This document shows, one piece after another, positions 1 through 8,988 of a stretch of 64,000 bases of DNA (position 1 is its first letter; each line of letters opens with the position of its first letter). The position numbers and the translations under genes are program-made. The notes under the pieces were generated by a model that searched no databases, was not told the DNA's origin, and worked only from the letters and a program-made list of their open reading frames with translations. The DNA lies in sequence record DRR378314_223. One strand, 5' to 3'.

Positions 1-528
1 CGCGGTTCAACATTCCGGTCGTTTGAAAACGCTCGGAAGGCAGGAATACCAATCATTTTCGATATCGACTACCGCCCCTACTCTTGGCCCTCTGCGCAGA
101 TTGCCGCGGATGTGCTGACCCGCGCCGGAGAGCAAAGCGACATGATTGTCGGTAACGACGAAGAGTTCGGCTTTATGGCTGGGGGGATCGAAAAAGGCAT
201 GGATATGGCTCGTGATCTGGCGACCCAACCAGGTCGCATCGTGATCTACAAGATGGGCCACGAGGGGGCCGTGACTTTTGCAGATGGCGAAGAAATCCGC
301 ACTGGTATCTATCCCGTAACAGCGGTGAAACCCAATGGTGCCGGCGATAGTTTCATGGCGGGTTTGCTGGCCTCGATTGCGCAAGGGCATGAACTGCGCG
401 AGGCGATCCTACGCGGCTCTGCCTGTGCGTCTATCGTGGTCTCCAAACCTGGTTGCGCGCCTTCGATGCCCGATCTTTACACGTTGGAGGCTTTTCTGGC
501 CAGCCAGCCCTCCCCAACGACAACCTGA
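1..528 (+). CDS. iolC: 5-dehydro-2-deoxygluconokinase (PfkB family), 5'-truncated by window edge
   Basis: Frame 1 is open from base 1 (RGSTFRSFENARKAGIPIIFDIDYRPYSW...). It has the DIDYRP motif, GNDEEF and the PfkB anion hole GAGDSF, and sits directly upstream of iolB. Confidence 0.9.
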   Translation, partial: RGSTFRSFENARKAGIPIIFDIDYRPYSWPSAQIAADVLTRAGEQSDMIVGNDEEFGFMAGGIEKGMDMARDLATQPGRIVIYKMGHEGAVTFADGEEIRTGIYPVTAVKPNGAGDSFMAGLLASIAQGHELREAILRGSACASIVVSKPGCAPSMPDLYTLEAFLASQPSPTTT

Positions 529-540
529 AAGGAAACTCCA

Positions 541-1383
541 ATGCATATCGCGCCACATGATAACAAAAACAAAGCGATCGTTGATGCCGATAACGATCTG
601 GTGCCGTTGAACTATTTCAACATCGTCAAGCTCAAGAAAGGCGAGGTGTTTGAATACGCTGTGCCAGGTTACGAAACCTGCGTGGTGCCTGCCACGGGGA
701 CTGTTGATGTTGACGTAGAGGGGGCGGAATTCGCCGGGCTGGGTCGGCGCACCGTTGATGTCTGGGATGAAGAGCCCGAAGGTGTCTATGTGCCTGTCGG
801 TGCAAAGGTGCGCATTACCTGTAAAAGCGATGCAACAGAAACGTTCATTGCGGGTGCTAAATACGACAGGGTACTGGAACCTTTTGATGTGCGCGCTGAT
901 GCGCTTGATGTCGTGCAATACGGTTCGGATGACACCAAGACCCACCGCAAGATCAAACATATTCTGGGGGCAAACCATCACGACAAAGTTGGCCGCCTGT
1001 TGGTCAGTGAACTTTATACCGTGGGCGAAGGTGGCTGGTCAGGGTTTCCATCCCACAAGCATGACACCGACCGCTTGCCGGATGAAACGCGCCACGACGA
1101 AACATATAACTTCCGGTTCAAACCCAACTACGGCTCTGGGATTCAGATGCTGCAACGTGAAGACAACAAACCCGGTGATGCCTATCACATCATGGATGGT
1201 TCAACCGTGATGATCGACAAGGGTTATCACCCCTGTGCTGTGCTGCCAGGATATCAGATGTATTACTTCACCATTCTTGGCGGGCTTAGCCAACGCAGCC
1301 TCAAACAATATTTCCAGCCAACACACGAAGAACAACTTCACACGATCCCCGGGATCATGGATATGGTAGCCAAATTCAAATGA
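541..1383 (+). CDS. iolB: 5-deoxy-glucuronate isomerase (KduI/IolB family)
   Basis: WSGFPSHKHD, HDETYNFRF and GYHP motifs; RBS GAAAGGA; inositol operon context. Confidence 0.92.
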   Translation: MHIAPHDNKNKAIVDADNDLVPLNYFNIVKLKKGEVFEYAVPGYETCVVPATGTVDVDVEGAEFAGLGRRTVDVWDEEPEGVYVPVGAKVRITCKSDATETFIAGAKYDRVLEPFDVRADALDVVQYGSDDTKTHRKIKHILGANHHDKVGRLLVSELYTVGEGGWSGFPSHKHDTDRLPDETRHDETYNFRFKPNYGSGIQMLQREDNKPGDAYHIMDGSTVMIDKGYHPCAVLPGYQMYYFTILGGLSQRSLKQYFQPTHEEQLHTIPGIMDMVAKFK

Positions 1384-2210
1384 CACGTTCTACATTAGCT
1401 GAAGTGCTGCAACCCGCCTTGCAAGGTGGCTATGCTGTGGCAGGTCTGGTCACCTTGGGGTGGGAGGATATGTGCGCCTATGTGGCCGCTGCGGAAGCCG
1501 AAGGCGTGCCTGTCATTCTACAGGCAGGTCCATCCTGTCGGGCGCATACGCCGCTGCCTATTCTAGGGAAAATGTTCAATCATCTCGCAGAAAACGCTTC
1601 GGTGCCTGTCGTGGCACACCTCGATCACGGATATACGGCAGAGGAATGTCGCATGGCCATCGATAGTGGTTTTTCGTCAGTCATGTTTGACGGATCGCGC
1701 ACATCGCTGGCGCAAAACATTGAAGACACGGCAGCAATCGTGGAACTGGCACATGCGGCAGGGGTTTCCTGTGAGGGCGAGATCGGGTTCGTCGGCTATT
1801 CCGGTGGTGAGGGATCTGCCGGAACCGATCCAGATGAAGCAGCCAAGTTTGCAACCGAAACCGGTGTGGATGCCATGGCAATCTCCGTTGGGAACGTCCA
1901 CTTGCAGCAAGACAAGGAAGGCGGGTTGGACGAACCTCGCATTCGCGCGATTGAGGCTGTGACCTCAGTGCCGCTTGTGATCCACGGCGGATCAGGCGTG
2001 CCAGCAGCACAAAGAACCGCCCTCGCGCGCAGTTCCAAGGTGTGCAAGTTCAACATTGGCACCGAACTGCGCATGGCGTTCGGCCAAGCGTTGCGTATGT
2101 CGGTCAATGCCGACCCGACCCGTTTTGATCGTGTTCAGATCTTGAAAGAAACCCACGATCCGCTTGTTGCCGCCACGCGTGAAGTGCTGCGCGCCTTTAA
2201 AGGAGCATGA
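1380..2210 (+). CDS. Class II fructose-bisphosphate aldolase family, probable IolJ-like aldolase
   Basis: HLDHG, SVMFDGS, EGEIG, GNVH, VIHGGSG and KFNIGT motifs; ATGA overlap with iolB. Confidence 0.85.
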   Translation: MTRSTLAEVLQPALQGGYAVAGLVTLGWEDMCAYVAAAEAEGVPVILQAGPSCRAHTPLPILGKMFNHLAENASVPVVAHLDHGYTAEECRMAIDSGFSSVMFDGSRTSLAQNIEDTAAIVELAHAAGVSCEGEIGFVGYSGGEGSAGTDPDEAAKFATETGVDAMAISVGNVHLQQDKEGGLDEPRIRAIEAVTSVPLVIHGGSGVPAAQRTALARSSKVCKFNIGTELRMAFGQALRMSVNADPTRFDRVQILKETHDPLVAATREVLRAFKGA

Positions 2211-3202
2211 CAATGTTGAGGATTGGATTGTTGGGATGTGGCCGGATTGGCCATGTCCACGCTAAATCTGTTTCGCAGGTCGATGGTGCCGTCGTCATGG
2301 CAGTTGCCGACGCCTACCCTGAAACTGCGCAGACGCTCGCAGCAGTTACCGGGGCCAAGGTGATGCAGGCCGAAACGTTGATCACAAGTGAGCTGGTGGA
2401 TGCGGTGGTAATCGGCACGCCTACAGATACGCATTACGATTTCATTCACGCTTGTGCCGCTGCGGGGAAGCCGATCTTCTGCGAAAAACCGGTGGATATG
2501 TCCGCGGACCGCATCCGGGAGTGCATCAAGGCGGTTGAAGCGGCAGACGTGCCGTTTTTGACTGCTTTTAACCGGCGCTTTGATCCGAACTTCGCACGGG
2601 TGCAGGACCTTATTACCAAGGGCGAGATAGGTAACGTCGAACTGGTTACTATCCTTTCACGTGACCCCTCCCCGCCTCCGATCAGCTATGTTGAAAGTTC
2701 CGGTGGGCTTTTTCGTGACATGACAATCCACGACTTTGACATGGCGCGTTTTCTGCTGGGGGAAGAACCGGTAAGCGTTCATGCTGTTGGTTCTGCTTTG
2801 GTTAATCCAGAGATTGGCAAGGTTGGCGATGTTGATACTGCCGCGGTAACCCTGACCACTGCATCTGGCAAAATTTGTCAGATATCAAACTCCCGCCGTG
2901 CATCCTATGGCTATGATCAGCGGATCGAAGTGCACGGATCGCAGGGCATGTTACGGGCCGAGAATGTCTTGGAAAATACTGTTGAAATGGCGACTGCTAC
3001 AGGTTTCACAAAAGCGCCGGCACAGCATTTTTTTTTGCAACGCTATGAAGCTGCGTATCGTGCCGAGATGCGACATTTTATCAATGCAGTCACAAATGGT
3101 ATTCCGGTCACGCCCAGTATCACGGATGGCCTTAGGGCCCAAATCCTTGCAGATGCAGCCACATTATCGTGCAAAGAAGGCCGAACAATCACCCTTGATT
3201 GA
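2207..3202 (+). CDS. iolG: Inositol 2-dehydrogenase (Gfo/Idh/MocA)
   Basis: GCGRIG Rossmann motif, CEKP, FNRRFDP, DMTIHDFD and YGYDQRIEVHG. Confidence 0.92.
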   Translation: MTMLRIGLLGCGRIGHVHAKSVSQVDGAVVMAVADAYPETAQTLAAVTGAKVMQAETLITSELVDAVVIGTPTDTHYDFIHACAAAGKPIFCEKPVDMSADRIRECIKAVEAADVPFLTAFNRRFDPNFARVQDLITKGEIGNVELVTILSRDPSPPPISYVESSGGLFRDMTIHDFDMARFLLGEEPVSVHAVGSALVNPEIGKVGDVDTAAVTLTTASGKICQISNSRRASYGYDQRIEVHGSQGMLRAENVLENTVEMATATGFTKAPAQHFFLQRYEAAYRAEMRHFINAVTNGIPVTPSITDGLRAQILADAATLSCKEGRTITLD

Positions 3203-3204
3203 GC

Positions 3205-3252
3205 GCAGGAAAATAAGCGGGCAGGTCTGAAACGACCGGCCCGTTTTCCTGC
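3205..3252. terminator. Long hairpin between convergent iolG and AKR genes, probable intrinsic terminator
   Basis: Inverted repeat GCAGGAAAA..CGGGC.GGTC-loop-GACC.GCCCG-TTTTCCTGC. Confidence 0.6.
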
Positions 3253-3341
3253 ATTATCCCAACTTTACCTGATACACGAATAATCAGCCTTCGTGTTTGA
3301 CCGAAGAACGAAACAGCGTTTCAAGTTTACGGCAAGGCGCT

Positions 3342-4310
3342 TTAGTCCGGGGAATAAATCCTGTTTGCTTCAGGATCTTCAAGGTTCGCAGACAGGTCAA
3401 GCAATTCATGCCAGAATGAATCATCTGTCGGATGCGATGCCCATGTTCGGGTTTGTCTAATCCGCTCAGGCTTTGAAACGCCAATGACCGTTGAAGTCAC
3501 GCGTGGATCTTTCATGGAAAATTGCAATGCCGCCGCCCCCATGGGCACGTCATGCCTTTCACAGATATCTTCGATCCGACGGACAAGCGCCAAGCCTGCT
3601 TCATCTGCATCCTGATAGGTAATGCGCTGTGTTTTACTCGCACCTTTTGCCAGAATGCCGCCGGCATAGGGTGCGGCATTGAAAATCGCGATCCCGCGAG
3701 CATGGGCGTCTGAAAACAGCTGATCGGCAGACCGGTTCAACAGGGAAAAGCGGTTATGGTTGACCAAAGCATCAAAATCCCAATCCGCCAGAATGTCAGA
3801 CATCATCGGCAAATGCCCCATGGCAAGACCCACGGCATCTACCAATCCTTCCTTCTTCATTTCGAACAATTCCTCCAGCGCACCACCCTTGCCAGTGATG
3901 TCTTCCAGATTGGCACAATGCTCGGGATCGTGAAGGTGTAAGATCTGCAACCTGTCAAGGCTAAGCGCTTCAAGACTTTCCTCCACTGAACGTCGCGTTT
4001 GCGCTGCATCCAGAACATTGGTGTTCATATCACGGTCGATCTTTGTCGCCAAAACACACCCATCAGGTAAACCGCCACGTTCGCGAATGACGGCGCCCAG
4101 CCGTTCTTCGCTGCGTCCCATGCCATAATTGCGCGAGGTATCAATAAAGCAGGGTAGCTCGCTTAGCATTTCATTAATGGTCTCTCGTGCCTGCTCTTCA
4201 CTGACGCTATAACCATAGGTTCCGGGCATGTCCCCAAGAGGGGATGTACCGAAACAGATCTTCGGCAGCGCGAATGGCAACTTGGCGGGCGGCGAGGTCG
4301 TCTTATCCAT
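3342..4310 (-). CDS. Aldo/keto reductase (D-threo-aldose 1-dehydrogenase-like subgroup)
   Basis: FGTSPLG, DTSRNYGMGRSEERLG, ATK, LHLHDP and APYAGGILA; typical AKR catalytic residues. Confidence 0.85.
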   Translation of the reverse strand: MDKTTSPPAKLPFALPKICFGTSPLGDMPGTYGYSVSEEQARETINEMLSELPCFIDTSRNYGMGRSEERLGAVIRERGGLPDGCVLATKIDRDMNTNVLDAAQTRRSVEESLEALSLDRLQILHLHDPEHCANLEDITGKGGALEELFEMKKEGLVDAVGLAMGHLPMMSDILADWDFDALVNHNRFSLLNRSADQLFSDAHARGIAIFNAAPYAGGILAKGASKTQRITYQDADEAGLALVRRIEDICERHDVPMGAAALQFSMKDPRVTSTVIGVSKPERIRQTRTWASHPTDDSFWHELLDLSANLEDPEANRIYSPD

Positions 4311-4588
4311 GCTATTACCTTAAATTGGCCCTGGTTTTTCTGCGATGCGCTGGTGGTGGCGCATGACCATATCTTCGCACGTAAACCACTTAAATTACAG
4401 CTAATCCTGCCCGATGCCCGTAAAATTAACGTGCTATCTTAGAGCTGATTTTCCGCCTGCGATATCGGCAAAGCGTTCGATCACTGCGAACTGCAGAAGC
4501 AGCTTTGTTGGGTCGTCGAGATGATCAGATATAGGCTTACTTAGAAATTCATCGGCTAACGCAACAGTCCCGTTTTGTAAGCATGGCA

Positions 4589-5185
4589 TCACTTACCCCT
4601 GTCGCTTACCCCGCGGATCGCTTGCTCTTTCGCCAAAGAAAGGACCTCCGGTGCGATGCCGGATCGCGCCATGACGCGCAAACCTGAATATACCGTCAGG
4701 ACCAGCTCGGCTCGGGCCGCTGCGAGCAACGGATCGAGTGTAGGTTCCGCCTCGATTAAGGAATCGTGAACGGCGCTCCGCATCTTGGCGTAGCCGCGCT
4801 GCACGAGTTTTCCGGCCTCTTCATCCAGTGATGCACGATCAGCGGCGGCATTACATAGAAAGCACCCGCGCCGATCTTTATGATCGCGCACTGCGATGAT
4901 CGGCGATGACAAGAACATTTCGATCCGGTCAATGGGAGGCTGGTCTGTAGACCGGAGCGTCGTTACAGCGGCCTCTACCATGAGGCCTTCATAGTGCGAC
5001 AATGCCTTGAGATACATCGATTGCTTGTTCCCGAATGCCTTGTAAAGGCTGGCTTTTCCAAGATTTGTTGCTTGGATGATGTCACGCAAGCCGGTTGCCT
5101 CATATCCGTTTTCCCAAAACAACTGCATGATTTTGAACAGTGTTTCCTCGGGGTCAAATTCTCTCGGTCGGCCTAAGGTCTGCAT
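4589..5185 (-). CDS. TetR/AcrR family regulator (NemR/ComR-like)
   Basis: GRPREFD...FWENGYEAT...SLYKAFGNK HTH; C-terminal domain with GCFLCN. Confidence 0.88.
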   Translation of the reverse strand: MQTLGRPREFDPEETLFKIMQLFWENGYEATGLRDIIQATNLGKASLYKAFGNKQSMYLKALSHYEGLMVEAAVTTLRSTDQPPIDRIEMFLSSPIIAVRDHKDRRGCFLCNAAADRASLDEEAGKLVQRGYAKMRSAVHDSLIEAEPTLDPLLAAARAELVLTVYSGLRVMARSGIAPEVLSLAKEQAIRGVSDRGK

Positions 5186-5222
5186 TCGAGAACCTCCTCA
5201 CTATCTTGTGAATATTCACTTA

Positions 5223-5306
5223 TTGACCGATTGGTCTTTAATTCATAAATCTCGCCCAGCGGCAACACGCCATAAACGCTTACCCAATAATAGACCGATT
5301 GGTCAA
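5223..5306. promoter_or_regulatory. Two NemR-box-like operators in the divergent tetR / DUF417 promoter region
   Basis: TTGACCGATTGGTCTT (5223-5238) and TAGACCGATTGGTCAA (5291-5306), both GACC-N4-GGTC. The first overlaps a TTGACC -35-like hexamer. Confidence 0.75.
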
Positions 5307-5321
5307 TAAAGGATATATCTG

Positions 5322-5807
5322 ATGACAAACCCGCCCAACGACATTGCACAGCTTGGCGACAAAATTACAAATATCGGCGTATGTGGCCTTCGCCTTGGCA
5401 GCGCCACGGTTCTGGGTTGGATTGGCGCAATGAAATTTACCGCTTATGAGGCGGGCGCAATCGAAGGGCTGGTCGCATCCAGCCCGCTCACAAGCTGGCT
5501 GTATCAGGTGTTCAGCCTTCAAGGTGCGACCAATCTGATTGGCACAGCCGAAATTGCGATCGCCGCGCTTTTGCTTGCCGGTTTCAAGTTTCCCAAGATT
5601 GGCTTGCTTGGCGCATTGGGTGCGCTGGCGACGTTTCTGGTCACTTCAAGTTACCTGCTCACGGCACCGGTTACCGAACCCAGCCTTGGCGGCTTTCCCG
5701 CCCTATCCGTTGTCCCCGGCCAGTTTCTGCTGAAAGATATTGTTCTGCTCGCGGGGGCTGTGTTCTTGACGGGTGACGCGTTGCGCCGGATTGCGAAAAG
5801 CAGCTGA
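5322..5807 (+). CDS. YkgB/DUF417 (RclC-like) inner membrane protein
   Basis: WIGAMKFTAYEAGAIEGLVASSPL and GQFLLKDIVLL are DUF417 signatures; several hydrophobic helices. Confidence 0.85.
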   Translation: MTNPPNDIAQLGDKITNIGVCGLRLGSATVLGWIGAMKFTAYEAGAIEGLVASSPLTSWLYQVFSLQGATNLIGTAEIAIAALLLAGFKFPKIGLLGALGALATFLVTSSYLLTAPVTEPSLGGFPALSVVPGQFLLKDIVLLAGAVFLTGDALRRIAKSS

Positions 5808-5868
5808 ACCCTTGGCATCCTGATCCAACTGGATCGGGATGCACCCTTTACTTCAGAAAAGAACCATC

Positions 5869-6141
5869 ATGAATCCCATCGTCACCATCTATACCAAAGG
5901 CTATTGTCCCTATTGCAAAGCGACCAAAGCGCTGCTCAGGAGAAAGGGGGTCGATTATGTGGATCACGACATCACCAACGACCCAAAACGCACTAGAGAA
6001 ATGCTGGCGCGTGCCAAAGGGAGACACACTGTGCCCCAAATTTTCATCGGCGATTTCCACGTTGGCGGCAACAGTGAGCTTAATGTTTTGAATTCGGCAG
6101 GTTCACTTGATGCACTGCTGCAAAAGACGCAAAAAGCATAA
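5869..6141 (+). CDS. grxC: Glutaredoxin 3
   Basis: CPYC active site, TVPQIFIG, HVGG; ATG 5869 preferred as start. Confidence 0.88.
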   Translation: MNPIVTIYTKGYCPYCKATKALLRRKGVDYVDHDITNDPKRTREMLARAKGRHTVPQIFIGDFHVGGNSELNVLNSAGSLDALLQKTQKA

Positions 6142-6537
6142 CATCCTAGTGAAGACATGGGCTCTGCGCAGCCTTGGCTCGAAGCTTGTGAATCAAGCGA
6201 GGACCCGTAACCTACCTGCTCCACCCCCTCATCGTTATTTTGACGTTTTCTGCGGGTCACTTAATACGGACTGTGTTGCATGAAACGAGATACGGACGTA
6301 CTGCCACTTCCTCCCCAAGAGCTTTGTCGATGCGGGCCACAGTCAATCCAAGCCGAGCGCGCACGCAATGGTCCTGATCTAAAAGCCCTCATCTTTCGAA
6401 ACTTATGCTGCACAAATCATCTATTACCGGTTTGGACCGCAGGGTACGCTTACCCTATGTAGGGTCAAGTTCGTGCCAGCCGCCTAATACCCTATCAACG
6501 AAAAGCCTGTTGATCTGGGATGGAAGGTGAGTTTGGG

Positions 6538-7080
6538 TTACGCGCCTTCATGTTCGAAACAGATAAGGGCCGCGTCATCGGCTGTTAGCGGTTCCGATAG
6601 TAGCTTGCAGAAGCCCCCGGTATTGGCGGGTTCAAAGTGAACGCAGGTACCGCAAACACCAAAGGGGCGCCCATCGTTTTGTTTCAAACAGCCTTTGAGT
6701 ATCCCCGATAATGAAGCTTGGAGCGCTTGTTTTTGCTGACCATCCAGCTTCGAAATGCTCTGCTCAACAGTACTGCTCGATTGGGCGATGGCCTTACCTT
6801 TGGCGGTCAAGTCAAAACTGATTGCCCTTTTATCATAGGTCGAGCGTCGCTCAGAGACGTAGCCCTTGTGTAACAGTGATTTAAAAGACTGCGAGATCGT
6901 TCCCCGGGTTGTGCCCAGATATTGCGCAACCTGTGATGGACCTCGCGAAAATCGATTTGCCCGACCGAGATAAATCAAGAGCGCGCGCTGTGTCGGGTTC
7001 AGCGCACCGTCCCAAGCTGATGCCGCTTCGAGCCGCGCCAGTCGTGTGATGAGTTCAAGGATCTGCAGATGTCTCTCCAT
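6538..7080 (-). CDS. MarR-family regulator with C-terminal C-x2-C-x11-C-x15-C tail
   Basis: LNPTQRALL...YLGTTRGTISQ...DKRAISFDLTAKG winged helix, followed by CGTC...C...C. Confidence 0.85.
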   Translation of the reverse strand: MERHLQILELITRLARLEAASAWDGALNPTQRALLIYLGRANRFSRGPSQVAQYLGTTRGTISQSFKSLLHKGYVSERRSTYDKRAISFDLTAKGKAIAQSSSTVEQSISKLDGQQKQALQASLSGILKGCLKQNDGRPFGVCGTCVHFEPANTGGFCKLLSEPLTADDAALICFEHEGA

Positions 7081-7087
7081 ATCCACT

Positions 7088-7134
7088 TAGTAGCGACACG
7101 AAATAATCATTGCAATAGTTTCGACTCGCTATTA
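7088..7134. promoter_or_regulatory. Inverted pair of operator-like boxes between marR and the secreted protein gene
   Basis: TAGTAGCGACACGAAATA (7088-7105) versus TAGTTTCGACTCGCTATTA (7116-7134; reverse complement TAATAGCGAGTCGAAACTA). Confidence 0.6.
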
Positions 7135-7165
7135 TTTACAAGGTAGGGACATGAAAGGACATACT

Positions 7166-7921
7166 ATGAAACACCGGCTCTTCCTCACCACCGCTCTGGC
7201 ACTGCTCAGCACAAATGCCTGGGCAGATGGCGATCACATACATGCTGTTGATCAGGGCGGGGCGATCCTGTCGGACGCTGATCAATCCAAAGTGGCGGCC
7301 TTCGACATTTTGGGCGCACATGCACATCGCAATGGAAATGTTGTGACTTTCCATATGACAACAAACGGGGTCGCAGGCTCAGAAGTTCCTGCCGCCACAG
7401 GTTCCCTTGGAGGGGCGGAGGTCCTGTCATATGTCTGGCCCACCTCGCTTGACCCTGCAGCGGTAGATTTTGAAAGCGGCACAGGTATTCTTGCCTTGGC
7501 AGCTACCAGCCACCCAGACTTTGACGACACGCCCCTCTACGATGAGAACAATGACGGCGACCCTACCAATGATGGGGTGATCTGGCACAGTCACTGGGTT
7601 GTTCTTACCCCGACAGAGGCTTGTGGGCCGGGCACGCTTGCCGTGCGTGACATACCGGAAGGTGAGACGCCGAAACTACCGGCAACATGGCCGGGCTTAC
7701 CTATTTTCCTGGATAGTCCGGGATTCACGCCGCTTTTTAACGGCCCTGAGATTACCGTCAACGTAGCGTTCCGCAGCGATGTGGAACTGGAAGGAGTGGC
7801 CTATGATGGTGTTACTTCGGCATTGCGTGTGAATGCCAACATCCATTCACCGCTGCTCTGTGTGGAAAACGTCTTTGACGTGGCATCAGGCAATCTAAGC
7901 CTGCCAGGCGAATTGAACTGA
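7166..7921 (+). CDS. Secreted/periplasmic hypothetical protein, His/Asp-rich, putative metal binding
   Basis: RBS AAGGA; Sec signal MKHRLFLTTALALLSTNAWA; motifs DGDHIH and SHPDFDDTPLYDENNDGDPTNDGVIWHSHWVVL. Confidence 0.75.
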   Translation: MKHRLFLTTALALLSTNAWADGDHIHAVDQGGAILSDADQSKVAAFDILGAHAHRNGNVVTFHMTTNGVAGSEVPAATGSLGGAEVLSYVWPTSLDPAAVDFESGTGILALAATSHPDFDDTPLYDENNDGDPTNDGVIWHSHWVVLTPTEACGPGTLAVRDIPEGETPKLPATWPGLPIFLDSPGFTPLFNGPEITVNVAFRSDVELEGVAYDGVTSALRVNANIHSPLLCVENVFDVASGNLSLPGELN

Positions 7922-8045
7922 TCGGCGTGCGGGGCTGCGTCCTACGTTGCCTCGCAGCCATCTGCCGAATGTTCGATCGCCGTCCTGGACGCCTTACTTT
8001 CCGGTTGCCCTTTACTGCGCGTGACAGAAATTCGCGAATGCTGGG

Positions 8046-8936
8046 TCACTCGTCGTTCAGATCCAGACATAGGTGATCGCGTCCCCAAATCAGCCGCCCA
8101 GGGAAAATATTGCAAATTTCCTGAATGATCCGTTCGCGCACGCCTTCCTTGTTGAGATGAGGACTTTGATGGGTCGTTACCATTGTTTTGACGTTAGCGT
8201 CGCGCGCGCATCTCGAAATCATGCTTAGCAGGCCATTCTCGTTCTTTGGCTGGGCCACCCCGCTTAGCCCTCCACCGAATACATTGACGTATTGAACCAA
8301 CAGATCCGCGTCTTTTGCAACCTTGGCAAGGCCGGGTGGTGGCGTGGGATCTTCTGGTGACCAAGTGATATCACTGGAATAGGCAAAAACCTTGTCACCG
8401 ATTTCCCAGCGCATCCCGTAACTGATCAAATACGGCTGGTGGTGCGGGACTTCCGCGAAACTAACCCGCCAATTCTTCCCTTGAACGACTGTCGTCTCTT
8501 CAATTTCGTTGACCTCAAACGTGGGCCAAGGCCGAGCTCCGGTGCCACCGCGCCCATGATAAATAGCAACGGACTGTTCGTGCGTCGTTCGCGCCGTCAG
8601 ATCAAGCTTCAGCAATCCATCAGCCCCGAACGCCTTGTCCACAATCTCTTGAATGCCGGGCGGCCCCCAAACTTTCAGTGGCTTCGCATCGGGTCCGCTT
8701 GTATCCCAACGGCACAAGGCAAAATGAATCAGATCAAGCCAATGGTCGAAATGGAGATGCGAAAGGAAGACCTTGTCGATTTCCGTGGGGACGTGGCCCG
8801 CCTCTACCAGGCGCCGAACCGTACCTGGGCCACATTCCATCAGGATCTTTTCCGATCCGATTTCCAGAAGATAACCAGATGAACAACGCTCCGAGGAAGC
8901 TTTAGGGGAACCCGATCCAAGTACAGTGACTTTCAT
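8046..8936 (-). CDS. MBL-fold metallo-hydrolase (RNase Z/AtsA-like superfamily)
   Basis: VLGSGSP, SHLHFDH (HxHxDH), YSSD and a C-terminal TTH; no signal peptide. Confidence 0.85.
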   Translation of the reverse strand: MKVTVLGSGSPKASSERCSSGYLLEIGSEKILMECGPGTVRRLVEAGHVPTEIDKVFLSHLHFDHWLDLIHFALCRWDTSGPDAKPLKVWGPPGIQEIVDKAFGADGLLKLDLTARTTHEQSVAIYHGRGGTGARPWPTFEVNEIEETTVVQGKNWRVSFAEVPHHQPYLISYGMRWEIGDKVFAYSSDITWSPEDPTPPPGLAKVAKDADLLVQYVNVFGGGLSGVAQPKNENGLLSMISRCARDANVKTMVTTHQSPHLNKEGVRERIIQEICNIFPGRLIWGRDHLCLDLNDE

Positions 8937-8988
8937 TCTAATTCTCGATCTCAGTTTTAACTAATTTCCTTGTGACCCGCGCATCGCA

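Noticed and set aside
6142..6537. Possible IS end or gene remnant between grxC and marR
   Set aside because: I could not find a paired inverted repeat or a recognisable protein motif.
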